Notes: a model not told the origin generated them from the letters alone. A stretch of DNA of 29,817 nucleotides from Patescibacteria group bacterium (GCA_038057175.1 JBBUDS010000001.1:1-29817), one strand, 5' to 3'. Counted from the first letter of the stretch, positions 17,695 through 27,090 are shown. A program made the numbers and translations.

Positions 17695-18295
17695 TAATGA
17701 TCTCCTTTACACTTGTAATTATAGCTCCAGCTTTTTTCATTTCGTCTATGGCTTTTTGTTCGTCGCCGGGATTAGTATTTATGGCGAGGCAGGCATCAAG
17801 TGCAAGATAAACTTTGTATTTTTCCAGCTTGCAAGCGGTTAGCACTCCTGCTTTCACGCAGTAATTAGTTGCTATTCCCCAAAACACTATTTTTGTAACT
17901 TTATTTTTATCCAGAACTTCCCGTGTTGTTTTATTGTTTTTTGTTTTACCTTCAAACGGGTCGTACCCATGTTGTGTTTTTTCTGTGCCTTTATAAAGTA
18001 TGATTGAGCCAGGCGATATATTTAGTCCGGATAAAAACTCAGCATCCCATGTGTAGGCGATTCCATGTGGCGGCCAAGGACCAATGGGTTGGAAGTGATC
18101 AGAATCAGGTGGATGCCAATCTGCTGAAAATATTATTAATGAGCCAGCTCTTTTGGCATGAGAGACCAATTTATTACCTTGTTTAAGTATTTTTTTAGGA
18201 GATCCTACGTATAGTCCTCCCTGTGAATGACCAAAGCAATTTTGTAGATCAACGCCGAATATTGCGCAATCTTTAAAATTAAATCTAACACTCAT
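17684..18295 (-). CDS. pncA: Nicotinamidase (isochorismatase family)
   Basis: Catalytic Asp (GVDLQNCF), DWHPPDSDHF, WPPH, Lys (YKG), Cys (GIATNYCV). Confidence 0.9.
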   Translation of the reverse strand: MSVRFNFKDCAIFGVDLQNCFGHSQGGLYVGSPKKILKQGNKLVSHAKRAGSLIIFSADWHPPDSDHFQPIGPWPPHGIAYTWDAEFLSGLNISPGSIILYKGTEKTQHGYDPFEGKTKNNKTTREVLDKNKVTKIVFWGIATNYCVKAGVLTACKLEKYKVYLALDACLAINTNPGDEQKAIDEMKKAGAIITSVKEIINGK

Positions 18296-18837
18296 ATTTT
18301 ACCTCTTTTAATTTTGGTAATGCCAGTTTTTGTTTGAAGTATTTGAAATAATTTTTTATGGCTTGGCCAACCTATTTCCGGCGGGTTTTTAATATTAAAC
18401 CACGCAATTTCCTGATTTTCTTTCGGGTCATTATTTTTAATTTTACCTTGGGTTGTTACCCAATAGAAAAATAGAAAATGTCCCGGACTTCTTGGATCTT
18501 CATTAGACTGAATGAATTTGATAAACGTCGCTTTCTTAACGATAAGGCCGACTTCTTGTCTAATCTCTCTCTTTAAGGCATCTATGGGACTCTCGCCGTA
18601 CTCTACGAATCCAGCTGGGAATCCCCAGGTATTTTTATGTGGTTCGCGATTGCGTTTTACAAGCAACACCTTATTTTTTCTAAATATTAAACCAACCGAA
18701 GCTTGACCAACAGATGGATGATGCGTCCAATTACAATATGTGCAAACTTTTTTTTGTACGCCATCTATTTTTAGAGTCGTTAATCTGGAACTGCAATATG
18801 GGCAAAAGATATAATTGGATTCAATAATTTTTGTCAT
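18292..18837 (-). CDS. NUDIX hydrolase with N-terminal zinc ribbon
   Basis: FCPYC...CTYC; Nudix box GFVEYGESPIDALKREIRQEVGL. ATG at 18837 has a GGAGGA RBS (the track uses a longer TTG start at 18915). Confidence 0.9.
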   Translation of the reverse strand: MTKIIESNYIFCPYCSSRLTTLKIDGVQKKVCTYCNWTHHPSVGQASVGLIFRKNKVLLVKRNREPHKNTWGFPAGFVEYGESPIDALKREIRQEVGLIVKKATFIKFIQSNEDPRSPGHFLFFYWVTTQGKIKNNDPKENQEIAWFNIKNPPEIGWPSHKKLFQILQTKTGITKIKRGKI

Positions 18838-18886
18838 TATTCCTCCCGGAGTTTCTGTAAAAATTTTAAAGTTCTTAAGCTCTAAG

Positions 18887-18952
18887 ATAATAGCATACCG
18901 TTTAGCGTAAGTCAATTTTTTAATTGACTTACGCCACGTTTTCTGTTATTAC
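18887..18952. promoter_or_regulatory. Back-to-back divergent promoters built on a 13-bp inverted repeat
   Basis: GCGTAAGTCAATT-TTTT-AATTGACTTACGC (18905-18934). Each arm gives TTGACT with a 17 bp spacer to TGn-TATTAC (+) or TGn-TATTAT (-). Confidence 0.75.
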
Positions 18953-18990
18953 ATAAATAAAGTTTTTTAATAATTATAAATGAGAGGGTT

Positions 18991-21483
18991 ATGAATAACC
19001 TAGCAGGATTAAAGGTTTCTTTGTGTCAAATGCCGGTTGTTGCTGGTAGGCCAGATCTAAATACCGCCTACATTAAAAATGAAATAAAATCTGCGGCAAG
19101 TCGCGGATCTGATATTATTATTTTTCCTGAAATGGCAGTGTCTGGCTATGTTCTGGGTGATAAATTCGAAGACGAAAGATTTGCGGTAGATGTTAATAAA
19201 CATAACAGGTTGATCTGTGAGGCGTCTGATGTGAGCTTGTCCGATACAGAAGGCAAGATCGCTATTATTTTTGGTAGTTATACAATTGATTCCAGAAAGA
19301 GTGGTCGTGATGGACGAACGCGTAAGCATAACATAGCAATCGTTGCACAGGGCGGAGAATTTATTGGTAAGACCATAAAAACTAACAATCCCGAATACAG
19401 TATTTTTGATGACGATAGGCACTTCTATTCGATGACGAATTTAATACTCGAAGATAGTAGTCTGGGAAATGCTGAGGAATTGAACCTAGATGATTACTTC
19501 AAGACGTTTCCCGTTGAAACAAGATTAGGCATTATCACCGTCGGAGTAATTATCTGTGAGGATGCGTGGTGGAGGGATTATCCATATAGCCCCGGTAAGA
19601 TTCTTGCAGAGAAGGGGATTGATTTGCTCGTGATTATAATGTCTTCGCCTTGGACTTGGCAGAAAAGGCGTAAGCGCCATCAGATTATTAAGGAGCTTGC
19701 AGTGTCGTGCAGAGATGCCAGTTGTCGAGTACCGATTGTTGCGGTGGGCAATACTGGTGTTCAAAATAATGTTAAGAATCTGATTATTTTTGACGGCTTT
19801 GCAGCTAGCTACAATGAAGATGGCGAGCTGTTATATGAGGCAGAGCCGTATGCCGAGCAAACTTTTGATGTAGTGCTTAATAAAGATATGACGCGATTGC
19901 CGAATGAGGATACGGATGATTCAAAAGAATTATTTGACGCTCTAAATTATGCGGGAAGGAAGTATGTAGAGAGCCTGGCACCCTTAAATAGGAAGATAGT
20001 CATAGGAATTAGTGGTGGAATTGACTCAAGTGCCAGTGCGGCATTTTGGGCTAATGTTGTAGGGCCAAAAAATGTCTATGGCATAAGTATGCCCGGACCA
20101 TTTACAAGTGATGAAACCAAGGCGCTTGGAGTCGAGCTCGCTGGTAACTTAGGGATCAATTTCGAAGTTATACCGGTTACCGATGTTGCGGATTCGATCG
20201 CTCAAAAGATTGGCATAGAAAGAGGTACCGATGCTTATGGAAATATTCTATCGCGTGTTCGTAGAGAGATCCTATCAGCAAAGGCAGAAAAAGTTGGCGG
20301 CGTTTTTACTTGTAATGCAAATAAAGTTGAATCTGCCTTTGGATACACAACTCGATACGGTGATAATGCGGGGTTTTTGACGATATTTGGTGACTGTCTA
20401 AAAAGAGAAGTTTATCAGATCGGTGATTATATGAATCGAATTGTTTACAGTCGTGAGGTGATACCGTTAAGATGCTTTACTATAAGACCAACAGCCGAAC
20501 TTAAAAATAAACAAAAAGATCCGTTCTATTATGGTAATCTCGAGGGCTATAATTATCACGATCAATTAACTCGTGCTTGGACAGAGTTTAGATGGGATCC
20601 AGAAATGACCATTGAGCATTATATAAAGGGTACATTAGAGTCGGAATTTAAATTAAACAAAGGACATCTTGCCTTGTTGTTTTCTACGCCACACGAATTC
20701 GTGAAAGATTTGGAGAGGTGTTGGCGGTTGTGGCATGTAGCCGTTTCTAAGCGAGGTGAGGGACCGCCTATACCAAGAGTTAGCAGGAGATCGTTTGGTT
20801 TCGATTTGCGTGAGTCAATGATGTCGCCCAATCTAACACTCAGATATCATGACTTAAAAGTTCTATCTTTAGCCAGACCAATCAAACGGAGACGCGTAGT
20901 TATATTTGGTGGTAGTTTTAATCCTGCATCTAGACACCATATTTTGTTAGCGCAAAGATTATCAAAGGAATTCGATCTGGTTGTTGTTGTTCCTTGTAGT
21001 GGCGGACGCAAGGATAAAACACTTAGTATGGTTTCTGATGCCGATAGAGAGGGGATGTGCAAATTAGCATTTTTTGATCTAGATAAAATTAGACTTGATA
21101 TGTTTGATTTGAGCGGTGGGTTGTTCACTCCAACATGGAAAATGCAGGAAATTTATCAGAATGAATTTCCCGATGCACAAATTTGGCATGTCGTCGGTGG
21201 TGATATTATCGCCGGCGGTCGTGATAATAACTCAGAGATACATAGATTATGGGACAAGGGTGTTGAGATTTGGGAAGGTCTTAATTTTGCTGTTATAACT
21301 CGCCCGGGCTACGTGGTGGAAAGACAAGATTTGCCGCCATCAACCAAGCTCATTGAAGTTGATGGGGTGGTTGGCTCTGGTACTTTGATTCGTCGGTTAA
21401 TTGCTGAAGGTAAGTCAATCGCTCGTTTAGTGACGCCAGAAGTAGCGGAATATATTAAAAATAATAAATTATATATAAAATAA
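18991..21483 (+). CDS. nadE: Glutamine-dependent NAD+ synthetase fused to a C-terminal NadD-like nucleotidyltransferase
   Basis: Nitrilase domain IIFPEM...ICEDAW; synthetase GISGGIDSS, GYTTRYGD, PTAEL; C-terminal FGGSFNP..HH, VGGD, RPGY, SGTLIR. Confidence 0.88.
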   Translation: MNNLAGLKVSLCQMPVVAGRPDLNTAYIKNEIKSAASRGSDIIIFPEMAVSGYVLGDKFEDERFAVDVNKHNRLICEASDVSLSDTEGKIAIIFGSYTIDSRKSGRDGRTRKHNIAIVAQGGEFIGKTIKTNNPEYSIFDDDRHFYSMTNLILEDSSLGNAEELNLDDYFKTFPVETRLGIITVGVIICEDAWWRDYPYSPGKILAEKGIDLLVIIMSSPWTWQKRRKRHQIIKELAVSCRDASCRVPIVAVGNTGVQNNVKNLIIFDGFAASYNEDGELLYEAEPYAEQTFDVVLNKDMTRLPNEDTDDSKELFDALNYAGRKYVESLAPLNRKIVIGISGGIDSSASAAFWANVVGPKNVYGISMPGPFTSDETKALGVELAGNLGINFEVIPVTDVADSIAQKIGIERGTDAYGNILSRVRREILSAKAEKVGGVFTCNANKVESAFGYTTRYGDNAGFLTIFGDCLKREVYQIGDYMNRIVYSREVIPLRCFTIRPTAELKNKQKDPFYYGNLEGYNYHDQLTRAWTEFRWDPEMTIEHYIKGTLESEFKLNKGHLALLFSTPHEFVKDLERCWRLWHVAVSKRGEGPPIPRVSRRSFGFDLRESMMSPNLTLRYHDLKVLSLARPIKRRRVVIFGGSFNPASRHHILLAQRLSKEFDLVVVVPCSGGRKDKTLSMVSDADREGMCKLAFFDLDKIRLDMFDLSGGLFTPTWKMQEIYQNEFPDAQIWHVVGGDIIAGGRDNNSEIHRLWDKGVEIWEGLNFAVITRPGYVVERQDLPPSTKLIEVDGVVGSGTLIRRLIAEGKSIARLVTPEVAEYIKNNKLYIK

Positions 21484-21503
21484 AACCCAGATCTCTGGGT
21501 TTT
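21482..21503. terminator. Bidirectional intrinsic terminator
   Basis: AAAACCCAGA-TC-TCTGGGTTTT between convergent nadE and AAA genes. Confidence 0.75.
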
Positions 21504-21507
21504 TATA

Positions 21508-23478
21508 TTATTTAATTTTAAATTGAGGATAACCGCTTAAGTCAACGATACGACGTTCTGTGATTTGCTCGAATAGCGTGTCTATATTTTCAATAAGGTT
21601 TCGTTTTCGGATGTCAATTAAGAGTTTTACTATATTCGGTGGCAATAATTCTCTCGATGATGATGCGAGGAGACTAACAAGCGTCATGTAGTCTATATCT
21701 GTTTGACTTGAGCTAGGGATTGAATCTTCAATCGCTTTCATTAGCGCTGGTCCATCTATAATTATTTCATTTTCTTCTTGTCGGTCAGTGCTTGCAAAAT
21801 TTAGAGATGATAATGTTATAGCTTCGATGTCTGCGCCAGATCGGCCATCTACCAACTTCGCATATTTAGAAAAATCAATAATAGATGTTTTTATGGCGTA
21901 TCGCTTGAACATGACTTTAAAAATTGCTGGTATTTCTTCAACTGATGGCATGGGAAGCAGTATTCGTTTATCGCTTCTGCCACTGCGCATCAGTGCCGCA
22001 TCCATTCTATCTGGCCTATTGGTGCAGTTAATTATAATTACCTTACCGCGTATTTTGGGGTCAGATAAGAATGTCATCCATGATCTCATCAACCTTTCAG
22101 ATACACCAGAATCTCCCTTTGGAGAGTTGCGGTCAGCTTCACCCAAATCAGCTTCGTCGTTCATGATAACGACTGGGACTAGAGACCATAAACCACTTAA
22201 AAGTTTTTCCATTCTGGCTTCTGATTCACCAACCCACATTGATCTGATGTTCTTAATTTTAATAAAGTGGAAGCCAGCTTCTTTGGCTAATGCCTCAACG
22301 AATGCAGTCTTGCCTGTTCCGGGGGGGCCCATGAGAGTTACGCCCATTGGTACGCGTCTAATGTCGCCACTTTTTATAGCTCGAATGACTAATTTGAAAT
22401 ATTTTTTCAGGTGTTCCATTCCGCCAATATCTTCAAGCCCTTTATCAGCATTGACCACTTCCATGACGTCACTATATTCGTTAGACAATATTTGGTATTT
22501 TTTTTCTTTTACGGTTTTTAGATTTAGCGGAACGCTGGTTTTTTTTGTTTGAATCAGTAGTTCTTTGATTTGATTAAGGCCAAGCCCTTGTGTGGCGATG
22601 GTCAGAGTGTTGATGTCTAGTGTCTCGTCCAGTAGATACAGTTCAGAGAAGTTTGCCAACTTATTACGCAGTGCATCTATCTGATCGGCAACATACCGAC
22701 GATTCGTGTCATTTTTTTGTTTTGGAAGTTTTATATTCCAGTCCCTGAGTCTAGCAAGAATATTTTTTTGTTCTCCAGTGCCCTGAGTGTATGTTCTAAT
22801 AAAATTCTTTCTTTCTTCTTCGGTCGGTTTTACAATAAGGGAGGTTTGTATTTCATTTCCGCTTTGGCGCAACTCATTAGAAATTTTGGAAGCTTGATCG
22901 GTTACGAGTAATACGATGCTCTTCTTTTCTCTAATGGTTTCGCTCTGGCTCCAATTACGGAGTCTTTCGGTGGCTATCCTATCTGCTGGTGATAAAGACA
23001 CTCCGCCGCCACTGTTTGGAGCGATAAAGTGTGCGGAGTTTAATATTATGGCGACTTCAGATTCTTTTCGTAAAACTTTATCCATTAGTTCCAGACATAC
23101 TAACAGTTCGGTTGGTAGGGGCTGTCTGTTAGATAGGTCGGCTCTTGCGGCGGCAACCGGATCATTTGCGGGTGAATTTGGCTTTACAATGTCTGCGGCT
23201 TTTTTAAATTTTGTTTCCATTTCTGACGTTAGAAACGTAATGCCTGAGGCAATATTGTAGAAGATTACAATTTTAGTATCTTTCAAAATTCTTCGCCAAA
23301 ACTCCCTAAATTTTATGTAGAATTTGTTATTTTGATTATCATCTGGATTTAAAACCAAACAATTGATATCGCCGTGCAAGATAAATACAGAACTTGTCCC
23401 CGCTTCGTATGGTTCAAGAATATGATTTGTGAACCAAGATGGTAATTTTTCTCTCGAAATGTTTTTTGCTAAATTCAT
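21508..23478 (-). CDS. AAA+ ATPase (classic clade, Ycf46/CDC48-like) with a degenerate N-terminal AAA-like domain
   Basis: DIGGMEHLK, GPPGTGKT, MWVGESE, MNDEAD, TNRPDRMDAALMRSGRSD, GRSGADIE. N-terminal FILHGDIN region lacks an intact Walker A. Confidence 0.88.
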   Translation of the reverse strand: MNLAKNISREKLPSWFTNHILEPYEAGTSSVFILHGDINCLVLNPDDNQNNKFYIKFREFWRRILKDTKIVIFYNIASGITFLTSEMETKFKKAADIVKPNSPANDPVAAARADLSNRQPLPTELLVCLELMDKVLRKESEVAIILNSAHFIAPNSGGGVSLSPADRIATERLRNWSQSETIREKKSIVLLVTDQASKISNELRQSGNEIQTSLIVKPTEEERKNFIRTYTQGTGEQKNILARLRDWNIKLPKQKNDTNRRYVADQIDALRNKLANFSELYLLDETLDINTLTIATQGLGLNQIKELLIQTKKTSVPLNLKTVKEKKYQILSNEYSDVMEVVNADKGLEDIGGMEHLKKYFKLVIRAIKSGDIRRVPMGVTLMGPPGTGKTAFVEALAKEAGFHFIKIKNIRSMWVGESEARMEKLLSGLWSLVPVVIMNDEADLGEADRNSPKGDSGVSERLMRSWMTFLSDPKIRGKVIIINCTNRPDRMDAALMRSGRSDKRILLPMPSVEEIPAIFKVMFKRYAIKTSIIDFSKYAKLVDGRSGADIEAITLSSLNFASTDRQEENEIIIDGPALMKAIEDSIPSSSQTDIDYMTLVSLLASSSRELLPPNIVKLLIDIRKRNLIENIDTLFEQITERRIVDLSGYPQFKIK

Positions 23479-23488
23479 GCGTCCTTCC

Positions 23489-24199
23489 TTATCCTATCTC
23501 GTTATGACCATGATGGTGCGAGTGATTGTGTGTATGACTATGACCGGTGTGTTCTTCAACACTGCCGGGTATTGGTTGTCCGTTAACGGGTGAGTCGGGT
23601 AGTGCAATTTTTACTCCTAACCTTTGTGCTAATGCGATAAATTTTATTTTTTCTTTTTCAAGCTCTGATTTACTAGTGAAGTGTTCAAATACTATTTCGC
23701 CATTGCTGTCGGGATTTTTTGATATGCGTATGTATTTACAGGGATGCGACTTGCCTTCTTCTTCGGCAACTAAGGTTAGTGCTTTAGTACTATTTTCCCC
23801 GGGATTTAAAATATTTGCCTTATAGCCAAGTAGCCGGGTTACTATTTTTAAAACCTCCATTTGCCAATGATTAATTACGCGGTTTGTTGTTTTTTCAGCT
23901 TCATTTTTTTCAGAACTGTTTGTATAAAATGATTCGGCAATAATGTTGCCGTCTTCACTAATCGAGAAATTGATACTTTCCGATGGCTGCAGTTCTAGTG
24001 TTTTTTTGAGGGCTTCTTCCAGTAATGGTTTAATATTTAACTTTTGTATCCAGCTTAGAAACACCTGATCGTTTACTCCTAATTTTTCCAGTAAATCCTG
24101 ATCTATACTAGGAGAGGGCATCTTTTTCTTAAATCTTTGAGGTGTAGGCTGGGGTATACGAATAGGGGCGTAGGTTTTATAACCAATATTGCAAGGCAT
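23489..24199 (-). CDS. Hypothetical protein, N-terminal MPC and His-rich C-terminus; co-transcribed with the AAA ATPase
   Basis: 10-bp gap to the ATPase; tail HTGHSHTHNHSHHHGH. Confidence 0.8.
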   Translation of the reverse strand: MPCNIGYKTYAPIRIPQPTPQRFKKKMPSPSIDQDLLEKLGVNDQVFLSWIQKLNIKPLLEEALKKTLELQPSESINFSISEDGNIIAESFYTNSSEKNEAEKTTNRVINHWQMEVLKIVTRLLGYKANILNPGENSTKALTLVAEEEGKSHPCKYIRISKNPDSNGEIVFEHFTSKSELEKEKIKFIALAQRLGVKIALPDSPVNGQPIPGSVEEHTGHSHTHNHSHHHGHNEIG

Positions 24200-24261
24200 A
24201 GGTTGTTTTCCTGTTAAGTTTTTTAAGAACTCAATAGTTACTGTTTAATATAAAAATTATT

Positions 24262-24306
24262 ATATGTCAATAGATAATTGACATATTGTCGTATCTTAGT
24301 TAGGAT
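24262..24306. promoter_or_regulatory. Divergent promoter region with a 10-bp inverted repeat
   Basis: ATATGTCAAT-AGATA-ATTGACATAT. On the + strand: TTGACA, 17 bp spacer, TAGGAT (24301-24306). Confidence 0.6.
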
Positions 24307-24390
24307 AGTGCATGTTCTTTAAAAAATAGATTGCTATTAAGTTATCGAGATTAGCATTCTTTATATTGATAATTCACGAAGGGAGACTTT

Positions 24391-25590
24391 ATGAATGAAA
24401 AAGCTGTTATGGAAGTTTGTAGAAAAATTACAGAAGCCGCCAATCCAGAAGAAATATTTGGGAGTCTTGGCGGTAAGGGCCAGAATAGAGGCGATAAGTT
24501 AAAAGCTCTCGAAAGAGAGTTTAATAAATTTAAACAAGTTCTTGCTATAGATCTCCCATCTGTTAGTCAGGCATTACTTGAAAAAGTTGACGAGACAAGA
24601 GTTGTTCTTGATGATCTGTATGAATGGGCGCGGACGATTGTCGTTGGCGAAGATTTGTCGGAAAGAGAATCCGTTGAAGATTCGGAAGAGACCGAGTCTA
24701 GACCAGCCGGTCTATTTAAAGAAATTACGATTCAAACTAAAAAACGCCCCTATTATATTACCGGTAGCCTCGCTAGTGGCGATTTAGCTTCGGTGTATAA
24801 AGGATATTACCTTGAGGGCACAACACCTATTGATGTTGCAATTAAGATTATTGATGACCCTGCCGATAACTCGTTTGCCAAGAAGGAAATTGATGCGTTG
24901 GGAATATTGCATGCCGAACCAAACAACGAAGGCAAGCAGTTAAAGCATTTACCGCGGTCAGTAGATCAATTTATAACTACCGATAATCAGCAAGGTAATA
25001 TACTGACCTATCTTGACGGATATACCTTAGAACAAGTTAGGGCAAAATATAAAGGAGGCATTGATCGTAAGCACATGGTTTGGATGCTTAGCCGTGGACT
25101 TAGCCTTTTAGGATACGCGCACAGTAAGGGTGTAATTCATGGCAACATTACTCCATCTAATTGGATGATTCGACCAATGGATCACAATGCGTGGATTATA
25201 GATTGGGGTTATTCCGTTATTGATCACATTAATAAGGGTGCTAAATTTTCGGTTTTTGATCCCGATTTCAGTGCCCCAGAGATAAAGCAAAGATCAACTT
25301 TATTATCGGTATCGAAATGTTCCGATCAGGCAGGGCTAATGTATCTATATGCTCTGTTTTCCGCGGATATTTACTCTGTAGGTAAATGCATGATATACAT
25401 ACTTGGCGGTGATATAGGGACCGACAAGATGCCGGATAGTGTTGAGAAACCATTGCAGAGATTTTTGGACGGCCTAGTTAATAAGAGCCCACTTCAACGT
25501 CCACGTAATGCGTGGGAAGTTCATTCACAGTTAAGGAAATTAATTGTATCCCTTTGGGGAGAAAGAAAATTTTTAGAATTTAAAATGTAA
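24391..25590 (+). CDS. Hanks-type Ser/Thr kinase-fold protein, probable pseudokinase, with N-terminal helical domain
   Basis: LASGDLASVYKG Gly-loop, VAIK, KEIDAL, HGNITPSN (catalytic Asp replaced by Asn), DWG, FSAPE, ADIYSVG. Confidence 0.85.
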   Translation: MNEKAVMEVCRKITEAANPEEIFGSLGGKGQNRGDKLKALEREFNKFKQVLAIDLPSVSQALLEKVDETRVVLDDLYEWARTIVVGEDLSERESVEDSEETESRPAGLFKEITIQTKKRPYYITGSLASGDLASVYKGYYLEGTTPIDVAIKIIDDPADNSFAKKEIDALGILHAEPNNEGKQLKHLPRSVDQFITTDNQQGNILTYLDGYTLEQVRAKYKGGIDRKHMVWMLSRGLSLLGYAHSKGVIHGNITPSNWMIRPMDHNAWIIDWGYSVIDHINKGAKFSVFDPDFSAPEIKQRSTLLSVSKCSDQAGLMYLYALFSADIYSVGKCMIYILGGDIGTDKMPDSVEKPLQRFLDGLVNKSPLQRPRNAWEVHSQLRKLIVSLWGERKFLEFKM

Positions 25591-25604
25591 AAAAGGAGGC
25601 AATC

Positions 25605-27074
25605 ATGGGTGGTGGAAATTACAATGTTGATGTTGCAGAGAGATTTAGAGAGTCTACTACTGAGGATACTATATTTAGAAGCCAAGGTTTATCGGCTAGA
25701 GAAAAGTGTGATCCAAGCTTAAATATAAAAGGTAAGATACGGGAATGCTGTGATTCGTTGGAACATCCAAACACTACGCCTATTGTTGTTGTTATGGATT
25801 TTACCTCATCTCGTGGTGATGATGCTAAGGTAATTTTTGCTAAAGCACCAATGTTTTTTGGACAGATGAAAATGCGTAATTATGTGCCCGATCCTGAAAT
25901 TTGTTGGATGGGCATAGGTGATGCAACGTGTGACAAGGCACCACTTCAAGTTGCCCAATTTGAGTCTGATAATAAGTTGGATGATGAATTGGCCAAGATG
26001 TGGCTCGAGGGTGGCGGCGGAGGAACGGGTCAAGAATCTTATGAATTAGCCGCGTACGCCATTGTTAAAAAAATGAAGCTTGATGCAGTTACGAAGCGCA
26101 ACAAGAAAGCCCTTGTATTCTTCCTGATTGATGAGGGATTTTATCCCGTTATTTCAAAATCTCAGGTGAAGAAAGTTTTTGGTGATGACTTGTCAGCCGA
26201 TATCCCTTCTGAACAGATTTTTGCCGAACTGAATAATATGGCTGACGTCTTTGTTATTTATCCAAAGAAATCATGGCAAGAAAGAAAGGCCGATATTGAT
26301 GTCGAGATGCGTGAGCGCCTTGAGCAGGCTGGCGGAAGATTCCGAGATGTTGATATTAGGGCTTCATTGCGTTGGGATACCTATGATGATCTCGACCTCC
26401 ATGTTGTTTGCCCCGGAGGTGAAGTCTGGTATGCAAATAAAAAATGTTCTAACGGGGAATTAGACGTTGATCGAAATGCCGGTGGTCCTCAAACAAGAAA
26501 ACCGGTAGAAAACATCCGTTGGGCGAAGGGCGAAGCGCCTAAAGGAAGGTATAAAGTTTTTGTTCAAAATTATGCTTTTCATGAGGATGAAAGAAATCCA
26601 ATACCGTTTCTTGTCGAGCTGGAGGTAAACGGTAAAATTCAAAAATTTGAAGGGGTCTCTGCTTCTAAGAAAGAAAATGGTTCGAGAAGTAATATTACCG
26701 CGTTTGAATTTAATTATGATCCTGCCGAGAGACAGATAAGTTCAGACGAATCCGATCTTTATAAGGGTTACGATGATGCGTTAATTAAAGCCCAGTGGGC
26801 GAATGTGATTCCAGCGGATAATATTCTTGAGATCGATGATCCTAAGGTGATTATTGATGTGATGCTCGGTGCCGTTGCGATTAATTCCGGTTCGAGCCTC
26901 GATGGTTATTTGGTTGACATGGAGGGCCGCGGTCAGACTGCAAGGCGGCGTGAAGAGACAACCGCCGCTCTCTCTGGATTGGCGGATAAGGCCAATACCG
27001 TTAAGGTTGATGTGGGCAAGAGGTTGCCCAAGATTACGACAAAGAAAAAGACTAGTAAGATAAAGAGGCTGTAA
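25605..27074 (+). CDS. vWA-domain protein with an inserted YfaP/DUF2135-like domain
   Basis: MGGG start, MIDAS-like DFTSS, GIGDATCD, LQVAQFE, LEGGGGG..QESYELA, FLIDE. Insert DDLDLHVVCP...LDVDRN...VENIRW...GRYKVFVQNY. Confidence 0.85.
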   Translation: MGGGNYNVDVAERFRESTTEDTIFRSQGLSAREKCDPSLNIKGKIRECCDSLEHPNTTPIVVVMDFTSSRGDDAKVIFAKAPMFFGQMKMRNYVPDPEICWMGIGDATCDKAPLQVAQFESDNKLDDELAKMWLEGGGGGTGQESYELAAYAIVKKMKLDAVTKRNKKALVFFLIDEGFYPVISKSQVKKVFGDDLSADIPSEQIFAELNNMADVFVIYPKKSWQERKADIDVEMRERLEQAGGRFRDVDIRASLRWDTYDDLDLHVVCPGGEVWYANKKCSNGELDVDRNAGGPQTRKPVENIRWAKGEAPKGRYKVFVQNYAFHEDERNPIPFLVELEVNGKIQKFEGVSASKKENGSRSNITAFEFNYDPAERQISSDESDLYKGYDDALIKAQWANVIPADNILEIDDPKVIIDVMLGAVAINSGSSLDGYLVDMEGRGQTARRREETTAALSGLADKANTVKVDVGKRLPKITTKKKTSKIKRL

Positions 27075-27090
27075 GTTAGATGTATACTGC

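Noticed and set aside
18292-18915. NrtR transcriptional regulator
   Set aside because: No C-terminal winged-helix domain; it has an N-terminal Zn ribbon instead. The longer TTG start overlaps the promoter, so ATG 18837 was used.
16468-21483. Phage NARP1/NARP2 NAD-reconstitution pathway
   Set aside because: The enzymes are PncA/PncB/NadD/NadE (deamidating route). No PRPP-synthetase-like Adps is seen, and there are no phage structural genes.
21788-22552. 254-aa antisense ORF (likewise 3439-3912, 5583-5921, 16763-17074, 27631-28002 and the other short overlapping ORFs)
   Set aside because: They lie opposite or within well-supported genes and have no motifs or RBS; expected shadow ORFs.
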